Made by a program: the position numbers and the translations under genes. This document shows, piece after piece, positions 36,322-48,410 of a stretch of DNA of 64,000 bases. Each line of letters begins with the position of its first letter. The first letter of the stretch is position 1. This stretch comes from Octopus vulgaris (taxonomy: Eukaryota). The notes beneath the pieces are model-generated. The model was not told the origin of the DNA, made no database searches, and worked only from the letters and a program-made list of their open reading frames with translations. The stretch covers positions 4,960,001-5,024,000 of the forward strand of contig OX597823.1 of NCBI GenBank assembly GCA_951406725.2, in the 5' to 3' direction.

Positions 36322-36393
36322 TCATTGGTAGTAACAGTGGTAATATCCTCACCTGTCACACAGGAGACCAGGGTTCATTTCCTAGTCAGAGAG
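36322..36393 (+). pseudogene. tRNA-Asp(GTC)-derived pseudogene joined to a SINE 3' tail
   Basis: GTGGTAATATCCTCACCTGTCACACAGGAGACCAGGGTTCATTTCC follows metazoan tRNA-Asp (CCCGCCTGTCACGCGGGAGACCGGGGTTCGATTCCC) with CpG-type decay. Confidence 0.7.
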
Positions 36394-36723
36394 GCAGTGC
36401 CCGAAAATGGCTACTGTCTAATGACTGAAACAAGTAAAAAGATATAAACTTTATCAATATAAAATGCACATATTATATATAATGTATATATATATATATA
36501 TGCATATGTATATTTATATGATACATATACGTAACATATTTATGATATATATAATCTCTGTCCATTCATTTTCTCTGCCCATTGTTCCTGAGAAGGTTGT
36601 GCCGAGTAGAATCCTCAGGCATCCTCCTCTATAGGGTCCTGTCAGAAGCAAGCATCGTTTACTTTCCTAGATAATATGTACATATAATACATGTGTGTAT
36701 GTACATACATACATATATGTGTG

Positions 36724-37012
36724 TATTCGAGCGTGATCGTTACCAACGTCGCCTTGCTGGCACCTGTGCCGGTGGCATGTGTAAAAAGATTTGAGTGAGG
36801 TCGTTGCCAGTACCACCTGACTGGCCCCCGTGCTGGTGGCACGTAAAAAGCACCCACTACACTCTCAGAGTAGTTGGTGTTAGGAAGGGCATCCAGCTGT
36901 AGAAACTCTGCCAGATCAAGATTGGAGCCTGGTGCGGCCGTCTGGTTCGCCAGCCCTCAGTCAAAATCGTCCAACCGCTAGCATGGAAAGTGGACGTTAA
37001 ACGATGATGATG
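36724..37012 (+). mobile_element. RTE 3'UTR copy
   Basis: GGCACGTAAAAAGCACCC...GTTAAACGATGATGATG. Confidence 0.85.
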
Positions 37013-37489
37013 TGTGTGCATGTGTGTGTAGTATGTGTATGTGTGTACACACATATATACATTCATACCTTGAAGGTTAAATAGCTTACAAATGTAGAAT
37101 TGTTCCAATACGTTAGTATTTCTTCAAATTTATGGAAAAATATTGATTCTCAATGAGAGAAAATACTGATGCTAATCTTCTCACACACTCTCTTTCTCTT
37201 TCTCTATGGTTGTGTAGTAAGTACTTTTTGAGATTATTTTGCTATTCTTTCATGGTCTATATATTAAACACACTAACACTATGTTAGTTTCTAATGTCTA
37301 CACATGTTAATATATATAACATGCTATATGATGTATGTGTGTTAGTGTATATATCTATCTATATAACACATGTATATAGATATCTGCATAAGTTACAAAG
37401 TAACTCAAGGCCGAGAGTTTATATGCAAAACTCTGGACCCTTTAAAAATTTGCCAGTTAAAAATAAAATATAAATATATTCATTTATTC

Positions 37490-37867
37490 ATTTATTCTTT
37501 TACTTGTGTCAATCATTTGACTGTGGCCATGCTGGAGCACTGCCTTTAGTCAAGCAAATTGACACCAGGACTTATTCTTTGTAAGCCTAGTACTTATTCT
37601 ATCGGCTTCTTTTGCTGAACCGCTAAGTTATGGGGAGATAAACACACCAGCTTTGGTTGTTGGGGGAACAAACACAGATACAAACATAGACATATACATA
37701 TACGATGGGTTTCTTTCAGTTTCTGTCTACCAAAACCACTCATGAGGCTTTGGTGGGCCCAAGGGTATAGTAGAAGACACTTGCCCAAGGTGCCCCACAG
37801 TCGGACGGAACCTGGAACCATGTGGTTGGTAAGCAAGCTACTTACCATACAGCCACTCCTGCACCTA
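37490..37867 (-). mobile_element. Full-length OR2-like CORE SINE
   Basis: Tail-to-head match ending CAGCCACTCCTGCACC. Confidence 0.85.
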
Positions 37868-37999
37868 TACTCATACTATGAGTTCTATTTATCCTGTTTG
37901 AACTTCCAAACCTACATGTTATTTCTATAAATATATACATGTGTGTACATGTTGTTTATACACCTGTCTTCGTCTTTTGTCTTTCTGTAAATTTCAACT

Positions 38000-38033
<34 letters not shown>

Positions 38034-38429
38034 ACACACACACATCCTGTTACTGTTCCCTTCTTGCAGTCCCCACTCCTGCATTCTCCCTTCAACCCTA
38101 CCTAATCCTTATGGCTGTTGCCTACCTCCCCTCCTCCATTTCTCCTATCTCTTCCCCTACACACTCTTACTAACCCCCACCCACTCCAGTTTCTCTGTCT
38201 TCACTCCCTCTCTTTTACCCACCTTGTACTTTGAGGTGTGACCCGGACATCCCATCACCACAATTTGCCTCTTTGCAGCCACTACTGATTCATTTCTTAC
38301 TCTCTCCTAAATGTGAATAGCCTTGTAGCTTCCTTACAATTAGAACCTATTCTGACCCTCCCCCTTTCTTTCATACCTTGACCCTCATCTGCTAGCACCA
38401 AGACCCTCCTTTCAGGTGTTTTGCAGGCT

Positions 38430-38657
38430 TGCAAGCTGCGTGATAACCTCACTTGTGCTGGTGGCATGAGAAAAGCACCCAGTACACACTGTAAAGCGGT
38501 TGGCATTAGGAAGGACATCCAGCCATAGAAACCATGCCAAAACAGACTTAAGAACCTGATGCTGTCTCTGGACCTGTCACATCCTGTTAAACTGTCCAAC
38601 CCATGCCAACAAGGAACATGAATGCTAAATGATGATAATGATGACGATGATGATGAT
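38430..38657 (+). mobile_element. Old RTE 3'UTR copy
   Basis: AAAAGCACCCAGTACAC...CCAACCCATGCC...(GAT)n. Confidence 0.7.
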
Positions 38658-38835
38658 GCACGCTGGGTGAAATGTGTAGCCGTATTTCGTCTGCGTTACA
38701 TTCTGAGTTCAAATTCCACCGAGGTTGACTTTGCCTTTCATCCTTTTGGGGTTGATAAATTAAGTATCAGTTACGCACTGGGGTTGATGTAATCGACTTA
38801 ATCCGTTTGGCCCCTTGTGGGTAGCAAAGGAAAGA
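38658..38835 (+). mobile_element. Nin/Deu-like SINE
   Basis: TTCTGAGTTCAAATTCCACCGAGGTTGACTTTGCCTTTCATCCTTTTGGGGTTGATAAATTAAG. Confidence 0.8.
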
Positions 38836-39619
38836 TATATATTTACACACACACTTTGGTTTTTAACGTGTTGCACACTAAAACATGAAATATATTCATT
38901 GAGCAATTTCATTTCAAAGAAGAAAATGTGTGTAAAACTTCAACAAGGCAAGCTCCAAGTGATGTCAGCAGACTCTCAGACACAGTGATAAGGGTGTGGT
39001 TCTTATCTCTTCGATGGCTGTTACTTTGTTGTTCATTGAAGCTAAGCTGGAACTTCTGTTCCGATACATAAGAAATTGTTGATATGAGTTGAGGCTGGAA
39101 TTTATTTGGTATGCACACACAAAGCAGAGAGAGTTAATATAAAGATGTGTACATATAGTTTTTTGATGAGCTCCTGCACAATATATTATAAAAAAAAACA
39201 TTGAAGCTCTGAGTGTGGTCTTCTTTCTTTAAGATCTAATGGTATGATTTAAAGGAAATTGCTTGCTGTTTCTAGTATGTAGATTAACCACATGGAAACT
39301 CTGTGTCTCTCTCAATGGCCTGTAATGAGAAAATTATGTTATTGGTATTCATGATATGAATCAGCTGTGATCAAAGGCATTCTTGTTTAACCCTAGGCCA
39401 GCTGTGACCCAGCTGATAATAATCAAAGACATTCTAACTATGACCGGCTCATCGTATTCTTGTCTTCATTGGTCAGTGTTCTCTCCAGCTACATTATCCA
39501 ATGTGACCTGACTTTTCTTTACTGATGAGAGGCCGTTATCTGAAGGACACTTAGCTGCTATTTAAGGCAGACTGAATGATCATGTGTAGATTCCCCTCTT
39601 CTGGCTTGGGTATTTACAA

Positions 39620-40095
39620 TGTTGTTGTTGGTGTTGCTACTGATAGTGTTTTTGTTGATGATGATGGTGGTGGTGGTGGCTGCATTGGGATGGTGGTGGT
39701 GATGGTGGGAGTGGTGATGAGGACAATGATGGTGGTAGCAGGGATGGTGATGGTGGCGGAGGTGATGATGATGGTGGTGGTAGCAGGGATGGTGATGATG
39801 GGGTGGAGATGAGGATGGTGATGGTGGTGGAAGGGATGGTAATGGTGATGTTGGTGGTGGTAGTGATGGCTGGGGTGATGATGGTGGGAGTGGTGATGAG
39901 AACAGTGATGGTGGTAGCAGGGATGATGATGGTGGTGGCAGTGGGAATAAGGATAGTGATGGTGGTGGCAGGAATGATGATGGTGGTGGTGATGGTTGTG
40001 TTGGCAGTGATGTTGATGGTCATGGTGGTGGTGAAGATAATGACAGTAGCAGTGATGATGATGATGATGATGGTTGTAGTGGTGGTAGTGGTAGT
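39620..40095. repeat. (GGT/GAT)n tract with higher-order duplicated units
   Basis: GATGGTGGGAGTGGTGATGAG.ACA.TGATGGTGGTAGCAGGGATG occurs near 39702 and 39880. Confidence 0.9.
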
Positions 40096-40962
40096 CCTGA
40101 TTAAAATTTATCTGTTGAAAACTTTTTTCTTCTGAAATATCAAATCTTGCACAAGAACCACAGTGGGGTAGATATGTGTTTTAAAAGGGTACCATTTCTA
40201 ACCAAATTACCCACAAAATACAGAATGTCTCGCTAACGAGTCGTCACGTTATATGTCACACAGTTTAGACATTTAAAAAAGATGAGAATAATTTTAATTT
40301 AAATGAAAAAAAACAAAATTAACCAAAATTGTAATTAACTGCAATTTGTCCATTTCAAAGTAGAGAACTAAGGTTTAATTAATTTCTTTTTAATTCAAAT
40401 AAAAAAGTTTCATTAAATTATGTAATATTTTTTATGCACTCCAAAACCACTCTGTAAAAATTAGATCATCACCATCATCATCCTCATGTATTGTCCATGT
40501 TCCATGTTGGTATGGGTTGGACGGTTTTGACAGGATCTGATGTGGCCAAGGACTGCATCAAGCTCCAATGCCTGCTTTGGCATGGTTTCTACAGCTGGAT
40601 GCTCTTCCTCATACCCTATCCATCCATCTGTCTGGTCTGTCTGTCTACTTACCTACCTAATGATCATCATAATCATTTAATCCTTGTTTTCCATGCTGGC
40701 ATGAGTTGGACAGTTTGACAGGTTTCTGGCAAGCCACGAGGCTGCACCAAACTCCATCATGCTATCAACTATATTTAATGTTAGTTGCTGTTGTTTAACA
40801 ATATGTCAATGCTGACCAATCAATTGTGCTATCAAAGTTGTTCCGGCCATGACCATCCCATTTATATCTAGAACTATATCAGTCATTGTATCCCTTTTTT
40901 TAATGAGTGGAAATAAGGCAGACTTTAAGAAGATTTGGGTGAATATTTTTTCATGGTATTGA

Positions 40963-41170
40963 AGGGCAGTGGACTGGCAGAATCATGGGAAAAAATGCCC
41001 TGCAGTATGTCTTCCAGCTATTTACATTCTGAGTTCAAATCCCACCAAGGTCAACCTTGCCTTGCATCCTTTAAGGGTTGATAACATAAAGCACTAATCA
41101 AGTACTGGGTCCAATGTAGTCAATTAACTCCTTCCCCTTCAAAATTACTGGCCATATCCCTAAATTGTAA
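40963..41170 (+). mobile_element. Nin/Deu-like SINE
   Basis: GGCAGTGGACTGGCAGAATC head; TTCTGAGTTCAAATCCCACC; TTGCCTTGCATCCTTT. Confidence 0.75.
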
Positions 41171-41232
41171 ATAATTATTTTTAGGATTATTGATGTGAAC
41201 TTTTCTAATCTTCATCTGCAGTCTTTTATTGA

Positions 41233-41387
41233 TCTGTGGCTGTGTAGTAAGAAGTTTGCTTCCCAACCATATAATTCTGGGTTCAGTCCCACAGTGTGGC
41301 ACCTTGGGAAAATGTCTTCTACTATAGCCTTGAGCCAACCAAAGCCTTGTGAGTGGATTTGGTAGACAAAACTTGGAAGAAGCTCAT

Positions 41388-41418
<31 letters not shown>

Positions 41419-41643
41419 GCGTGTGTGTGTGCGTGCGTGCGCGTGTGTGTGTGTGTGTGCGTGTGTGTGCATGTGTGTGTGTGTTTGTCCCCCTGTTACT
41501 GCTTGACAACTAATGTTGGAATGTTTGCATCCTCATGACTTAGCAGTTCAGCAAAAGAGACCAATAAAATAAGTACTATTAGCTTAAAAAAAATGTAAGT
41601 AGTGGAATTGATTTAGCATGGCCGCAGTCTAATGACTGAAACA
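41233..41643 (+). mobile_element. OR2-like CORE SINE
   Basis: Head, core, expanded (TG)n and tail. Confidence 0.85.
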
Positions 41644-42015
41644 ACCCAACCAGTCAATAGTTCTCTAGATGTCTCATTGGTGCTTTGGTTAATATTGGTT
41701 ACTAGAGCACTTTGTAAATTATTATATGGGCCATGCCCAGTTGGTAGTCTTTTACACCACAGACCCCTGTGAGTTTTTTTTTTCCAAATTGACTCTTTAA
41801 TCTAGGATTATAATTATTAAGGTTCTCTATCATAATGGGGGTTTGTGTAATTGTAGTTCATTAACATATGTTAATAAACTCGAATTAAGAATATAATTAA
41901 TGAATTCACTCACTTTATGATGTGTTATGCAATTTTCCTCAAGCACAAATTATGAAAACTACACCACTACATGATGTGTTCCAGATACACACACACACGT
42001 ACGCACATACATACA

Positions 42016-42044
<29 letters not shown>

Positions 42045-42046
<2 letters not shown>

Positions 42047-43502
42047 TCTTTTATTTGTTTCAGTCATCTTGACTGCGCCCAAGCTAGAGCACTGCCTTTA
42101 GTTCAACAAATCAACCCCAGGACTTATTCTTTGTAAGCCTAATACTTATTTTATCAGTTTCTTTTGCCAAATTGCTAAATTACAGGGGCATAAACACAAC
42201 AGCATCAGTTGTCAAGCGATGGTGGGGGACAAACACAGACACACAAATACACACACACACACACACACACATATATATTAAACTGTTGGATCAGGTGATG
42301 AAGGTCACAGAGAGGGTCATAGCCCATCTCATTAGGGAGAGAGTCTGCTTAGATGAGATGCAGTTCGGTTTTGTGCCTGGCAGAAGCACCACTGATGCCA
42401 TATTCCTGGTCCGACAACTGCAGGAGAAATACCTAGCTAAAGATAAACCCCTCTACATAGCTTTCGTGGACTTGGAGAAAGCCTTTGACAGGGTCCCCCG
42501 ATCCCTTATCTGGTGGGTGATGCGGAAACTGGAGATTGACAAATGGTTAATAAGGGCTGTACAGTCCCTATACAGAGAGGCCGTCAGCAAGGTTAGGATT
42601 GGCAATGAGTATAGTGAAGAATTCCGGGTAGAAGTAGGGGCCCACCAAGGTTCAGCCCTCAGTCCCCTTTTATTCATTATAGTCCTCCAGGCAATAACAG
42701 AAGAATTCAAGATGGGTTGCCCCTGGGAGGTCCTCTATGCTGATGACCTTGTCCTCATAGCAGAATCACTACCGGAACTAGAAAAGATATTTCGAGTGTG
42801 AAAGCTAGGTTTAGAATCAAAGGGCCTTAGAGTCAATGTAGCAAAGACCAAAGTTCTAGTAAGTAGGTAGGCGAACACACCACACACCTCTTCAGGTAGG
42901 TGGCCCTGCTCGAACTGTAGAAAAGGTGTAGGTAGAAACTCCATAAGATGTACCCAGTGTAAGCTATGGACACATAAGAGGTGCAGTACCATCAAAGGAA
43001 AATTAACCGAGAAAATAGCTTTCGTGTGCGGCAGATGCACAGGGGCAATAGACACCACAGATACTCAGAAAACAGATCCCATTACACTCCTGGGGGAGAA
43101 CTAGAAGTAGTTGATAGTTTCCGCTACCTAGGTGACCAAGTTAGTAGTGGGGGTGGATGCTCAGAGAGTGTTACCACTAGAATATGAATAGCCTGGGCAA
43201 AGCTTAGAAAGCTTCTACCCCTACTGGTGACAAAGGGTCCTCGCTCAGAGTGAAAGGTAGATTGTACGACGCATGTCGTACATGGGCTGTGACTGCAAGA
43301 GGACATGCGTAGGCTTGAAAGAAATGAAGCTAGCATGATATGTATATACGACGGGCTTCTTTCAGTTTCTGCCTACCACAACTACTCTCAAGGTTTTTGT
43401 CAACCTGAGGCTATAGTAGAAGACATTTGCCCAAGGTGTCACACAGTGGGACTGAACCCAGAACCATATGGTTGGGAAACAAGCTTTTTACAACACAGCC
43501 AC
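42045..43502 (-). mobile_element. OR2-like SINE split by an RTE fragment (halves 42045-42277 and 43340-43502)
   Basis: The 3' and 5' halves are colinear once 42278-43339 is removed. Confidence 0.8.
42278..43339 (+). pseudogene. Internal RTE ORF2 fragment (RT core and PHD-like finger), truncated at both ends
   Basis: QFGFVPGRSTTDAIF, AFVDLEKAFDRV, QGSALSPLLF, LYADDLVL, followed by stops and frameshifts. Confidence 0.93.
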
Positions 43503-43507
43503 ATATA

Positions 43508-43753
43508 TGTGGCACATAAAAAGCACCATCCGTTCGTGGCCGTTTGCCAGCTCTGTCTGGCACCAGTGCGGGTGGCACGTAAAAAGCACCCACTACACTC
43601 ACGGAGTGGTTGGCGTTAGGAAGGGCATCCAGCCGTAGAAACACTGCCAGATTTGACTGGGCCTGATGAAGCCTTCTGGCTTCACAGACCCCAGCAGAAC
43701 CGTCCAACCCATGCTAGCATGGAAAACGGACGCTAAATGATGATGATGATGAT
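43508..43753 (+). mobile_element. RTE 3'UTR copy
   Basis: CCATGCTAGCATGG palindrome and (GAT)n tail. Confidence 0.85.
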
Positions 43754-44009
43754 ACATATGAGAGAGAAACCACTATGTGGACACCCTTATGCTAGAAATA
43801 GATCCGCAATAGTCATACCACTAAGAAATGTTCTCAAGAAAAATTCAACTAAACAACCAAAACGTAATCGAGCAAGACAAAAGAAAAGCAATAAAAAAAT
43901 AATAAAAATATGCTGAATTTTTCTCGAGAACATTTTTTAGTGGTATGGCCATAGCAGATCTATTTCTAGCATAAGGGTGTCCACATAGTGGTTTCTCTCT
44001 AATATGTAT
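43752..44009. repeat. Inverted repeat, ~96-bp arms with ~66-bp A-rich spacer
   Basis: AGAGAGAAACCACTATGTGGACACCCTTATGCTAGAAATAGATC and its exact reverse complement. Confidence 0.9.
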
Positions 44010-44129
44010 ATAATACAATTTTACTGAAACTTCAGTTTTTTTTTATATGCCAGACCACTGGTGTGGAATCGATGTTAATTAAAGTAATATCTAATTTCTC
44101 ACCCTCATTTTAAATTTATATATATATAT

Positions 44130-44465
44130 TCTTGTTTTAGTCATTAGACTGTGGCCATGCTGGGGCAGTGGCTTGAAGAATTTTTTTAAAGACAGGTACT
44201 TATACTATCAGTCTCTTTTGCCAAGTTGCTAAGTTATAGGGACGTAAACACCGACATTGGTTGTCAAATAGTGGTGGGGGAACAAACAGATACACACATA
44301 CATACACATATGTACATGAAGGGCTTCTTTCAGTTTCCGTCAACCAAATCCACTCACAGGGCTTTGGTCGGCCCAAGGCTAGCCCAAAGTGCAATATAGT
44401 GGGACTGAACCCAGAACCATGTGCTCAGGAAGCAAACTGCTTACCACTCAGCCATGCCTGTGCTT
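44130..44465 (-). mobile_element. OR2-like SINE
   Basis: Reverse-complement tail, body and head. Confidence 0.8.
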
Positions 44466-44887
44466 ATACACAGCCGTCTATGTATCACTGATATTACTGT
44501 ATCACTAACGTCCTTGGCGAAAAAGACAAGAACTCCGCCACTTCCTTCCCACCATACTCCTCCCCCACCTTAATGATCTTACCCCTCCCCTCACTGGCTT
44601 CTATGCCCATATAAAGAAACCATCGCCCTCTCACCCTCCCAACTTCCCTCCCTGTTTCCCTGTAGTAATAAGTGTGTTATGACAGATCTGTTCCCCTCCT
44701 GTTCATTAAATAGGCGGCATGAAATAACGGTCACCAGCTGTAACAACAACACGAGGGAGAGAGAGAGAGAGGGAGAGAGAGAGGGGGGAAGGAGAAGGGC
44801 TCTACGCGATTGTTCCGTCTGCTAGAAGTAACAGTCAAATCTGTTTTCAATCGAGCCTTGTCATAAAACTGATGTTTACATCTGCAG

Positions 44888-44926
<39 letters not shown>

Positions 44927-45231
44927 AACGGGAGAAATATAGAATAAAGAAGGCAAGCGCTAAATAATGTGTGAAAGGGTCTGTATATGTATGTGTATAT
45001 GTGTGCATGTTTGTATGTGTATTTATGTGTATATGCATAAATGTTGTATGGGTGTGTATGTATAAATGTGTCTTTGTATGTGTGAATGTATTTATGTGTG
45101 TGTATATATGTATTTTTGTATGAATATGTATGTAAAGTATGGATGTGTATGTATATGTGTGTGTATGTTTGCTTGTAAGTACACATGTATGTGTGTTTAT
45201 GTACATATGAATGTATATATGCATGTGTGTG

Positions 45232-45264
<33 letters not shown>

Positions 45265-45464
45265 ATCTATGCATTGTATATATCTGTGAAGAAAAATGTG
45301 TGTGTGTGTGTGTAGATGGATAGCGACAAACTACCGCCCTTTTACCAAGAAAGCAGTGATAGAATGTATTTTTACATTCAGCCGAAATCGCTTTACGGAC
45401 GACGACCGAAACAGAGACTTGTTCTTGTTGCGAAGACAACACGTAATAATTATCAAGTATCTTT

Positions 45465-45660
45465 TGTCCTTTACTTGTTTCAGTCATTGGACTGTGGCCA
45501 TGCTGGAGCACTGCCTCGAAGGGTTTAGTCAGACAAATTGACTGCAGTACCTGTTTTTCTTTTTTAAAGCCCGGTATTTATTCTGTTGGACCCTTTTGTT
45601 GAACCGCTAAATTATGGGACGTAAATAAACTAACACTGTCAGCTGGTGGGGCAGACAAAG
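45465..45660 (-). mobile_element. 3' half of OR2-like SINE
   Basis: TTTACTTGTTTCAGTCATTGGACTGTGGCCATGCTGG. Confidence 0.75.
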
Positions 45661-45742
45661 GCACTTACATATACATATTTACACACACACACGCGCACAT
45701 GTGTGTGTATGTATATGTGTATATATATATTATATATATGTA

Positions 45743-46638
45743 CACGAGGTCTGATCAATAAGCATCTGGACTGTTGCCACAGTAACGAAGCTAAAGCACA
45801 CAGAGTGAAGCCGCCACTTGGCAAAGATTGACCTTGATCTCTACTGTGCATGCACACTAGATTTTAATGTTCTAGCTCACTTCCAATGTTTACAGCAGTG
45901 CTTGGAAGGAAGGTGTGTAGCATGTGATTGTTGCAATGACCATGACAGAGGAAGTTGTTGTGGCAATACCTACTCAGAGGTCTCCGCAAAGTTGCAGAAA
46001 GTGTACCGAGAGGAGTGTATGAGCTGCGCACACAAGTGGTTCGGAGGTTTCCAAGATGGCCCCAAAAAAATGTTGATATTGACGAATGTTCTGGGAGACT
46101 CACAACTAGCAGAACTGAGAAAAACATTGCAGATGTGTGTGCAGCTGTGAGGGAAAATTGTCAAATGACCATCCGTGAGTTATCAGAGGATGTGAAGATT
46201 AGATATGGTTCAGTTCAGTCCATTACCACTGAAGATTTGGGTATGAGATGTATGTCTGCCAAGTTTGTCCCAAAACTGCTTTCAGCTGACCAAAAAGCCA
46301 CTTGGGTTTCAGTTGCACAAGATCTTGATTGTCTTGAGAACGGTGAAAACTTTTTGAAAACTTTGTGTAGGTCTCTGAGCAGGTATCACCAAGCTTTTAG
46401 CAAAATTTGATGCAGATTCTCTGCTGAAATTTTTTCTCTTGTGATCAATGCAATGGTCACACACTACACACCTTCCTTCCAAATACTGCTGTAAACAGTG
46501 GAAGTGAGTCAGAATGTTAAAATTTAGTGTGCATGCACAGTAGAGTTCACGGTCAATCTGTGCCAAGCAGCTTTACTCTGCGTGCTATAAGTTTGTTACT
46601 ATAGCAACAGTCCAGATACTTATTGATGAGACCACATA
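45743..46638. mobile_element. Fold-back mariner derivative made of two inverted 5' ends
   Basis: Ends GGTCTGATCAATAAGCATCTGGACTGTTGC and GCAACAGTCCAGATACTTATTGATGAGACC, with >200 bp inverted homology. Left arm encodes HTH...KFVPKLL; right arm encodes QQRICIKFC on the minus strand. Confidence 0.85.
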
Positions 46639-46699
46639 TATATATATGGTAAGATCAGCCATGATGGATATATAATACTATACATTTTACATTTTGGAT

Positions 46700-47078
46700 G
46701 TGACTGTGTGATAAGGAGTTTGCTTACCAACCATATGGTTCCAGGTTCAGTCCCACTGCGTGGCACCTTTGGCAAGTGTCTTCCACTATAGCTTTGGATT
46801 GACCAAAGACTTGTGAGTGAATCTGGTAGATGGAAACTGAAAGAAGCCCATTGTATATATATATGTTTGTGTGTCTGTCTTTGTCCCTCTACCATCGCTT
46901 AACAACCAATGTTGCTGTGTTTACATCCCCGTAATGTAGCAGTTTGGCAAAAGAGACCAATAGAATAAGTACTAGGCTTACAAAAGAATAAATCCTGGGA
47001 TTGATTTGTTTGACTAAAGGCAGTGCTCCAGCATGGCCACAGTCAAATGACTGAAAAAAATAAAAGAATAAAGAATAT
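46700..47078 (+). mobile_element. OR2-like CORE SINE
   Basis: Complete head, core and tail. Confidence 0.85.
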
Positions 47079-47242
47079 ATAAAGTAGCTGATTTTAAATA
47101 TACATACACAAACACACATATTTACATGCATATATATACACACACATGTATATATACTTACATATGTATGTATATATGTATATATACACACAGGGCGTTC
47201 AATTAAATAATAATAATAATAAATAGTATGTGTGTGTGTGTG

Positions 47243-47273
<31 letters not shown>

Positions 47274-47278
<5 letters not shown>

Positions 47279-47678
47279 GTCATCCCATAAGTTCTGTCCA
47301 AATTTTGAATAAAGAAAATAAGTGATCAAATGTTATATTAAATTCAAATATCGATGATGATGATGATGAATGTACTTTCCCTGATTATCAATGACTTCCT
47401 TCCATCTATTTACAAGCTTTTTAATCCCATCAATGTAAAGTTCGTTTGATTTCAAAGCGAAGAACTCTGAAATGTCAGTTTCGCCCTCCTCCTGGCTTGC
47501 GAAAGTTATGTCCCCCAAATGATTCTGTAAGCTACGAAAGAAATGGTAGTCTGAAGGAACAAGGTCAGGAGAATAAGGTGGATGAGGAATTTTTTCCCAA
47601 CCAAGCTCTTCAATCTTCTGTGATGTGATCCTTGCAGTGAGGGGTTGCACATTGTCCTGACGAAACAAACTTCACTCT
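47274..47678 (-). mobile_element. 3' part of a mariner element with one TIR
   Basis: QDNVQP...LGWEKIPHPPYSPDLVPSDYHFFRSLQNHL...GIKKLVNRWKEVIDNQGKYI; TIR TCAGGTCATCCCATAAGTTCTGTCC. Confidence 0.9.
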
Positions 47679-47679
47679 C

Positions 47680-47885
47680 ACAAGGAACTACACATAGAGG
47701 GGACAAAGAAGGACAAATGGATTAAGTCGATTATATCGACCTCAGTGTGTAACTGGCACTTATTTAATTGACCCCAAAAGGATGGAAGGCAAAGTCGACC
47801 TCGGCAGAATTTGAACTCAGAACGTAGTGGCAGACGAAATACCACTAAGCATTTTGCCCAGCGTGCTAACATTTCTGCCAGCTCT
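47680..47885 (-). mobile_element. Nin/Deu-like SINE
   Basis: GGATGGAAGGCAAAGTCGACCTCGGCAGAATTTGAACTCAGAACG. Confidence 0.85.
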
Positions 47886-48309
47886 ACACAGTTTCTATCC
47901 ACCAAATTTTTTTCACAATGCATTAACCAGCCTGAGGTTATAGCAGGAAACAGTTACCCAAGTATCAAGCAGTGGGATTGAACCTCTAACCCATATGGTT
48001 GCGAAATAAACTTCTCAACAATACAGCCACGCCTGCACCTGATGCTTAAAAAAATTAGAATAATACTGGAAAATCTCACATGGAATAATCCCATCTGTGG
48101 CAGACATTATTTCTTCACTTAGTTTTCTTTGTAATAGAGATTTCGGTTGTGTTTTAAAGCCCCTTGTCAGCCGTTTACTGGGGTAAATCTCTGATACTGA
48201 TTAGGAATGAAACTTAAGAAGAAAAAATGCAAATGAAGGCGGAGCTTCCATGTTGTCAACTCGCTCTGGGAGAAATATCAGCCAAATCTCACTCAAATCA
48301 GACTCTATT

Positions 48310-48340
<31 letters not shown>

Positions 48341-48378
48341 TATATATGTATATATGTGCATGTGCACACAGACGTGCA

Positions 48379-48409
<31 letters not shown>

Positions 48410-48410
<1 letters not shown>

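Noticed and set aside
36322-36393. Functional tRNA-Asp gene
   Set aside because: Acceptor and T arms are disrupted, and it is followed by a SINE tail rather than a poly-T terminator.
39576-40135. Met/Val-rich or Thr/Ile-rich mucin-like ORFs
   Set aside because: Degenerate (GGT/GAT)n repeat open in several frames.
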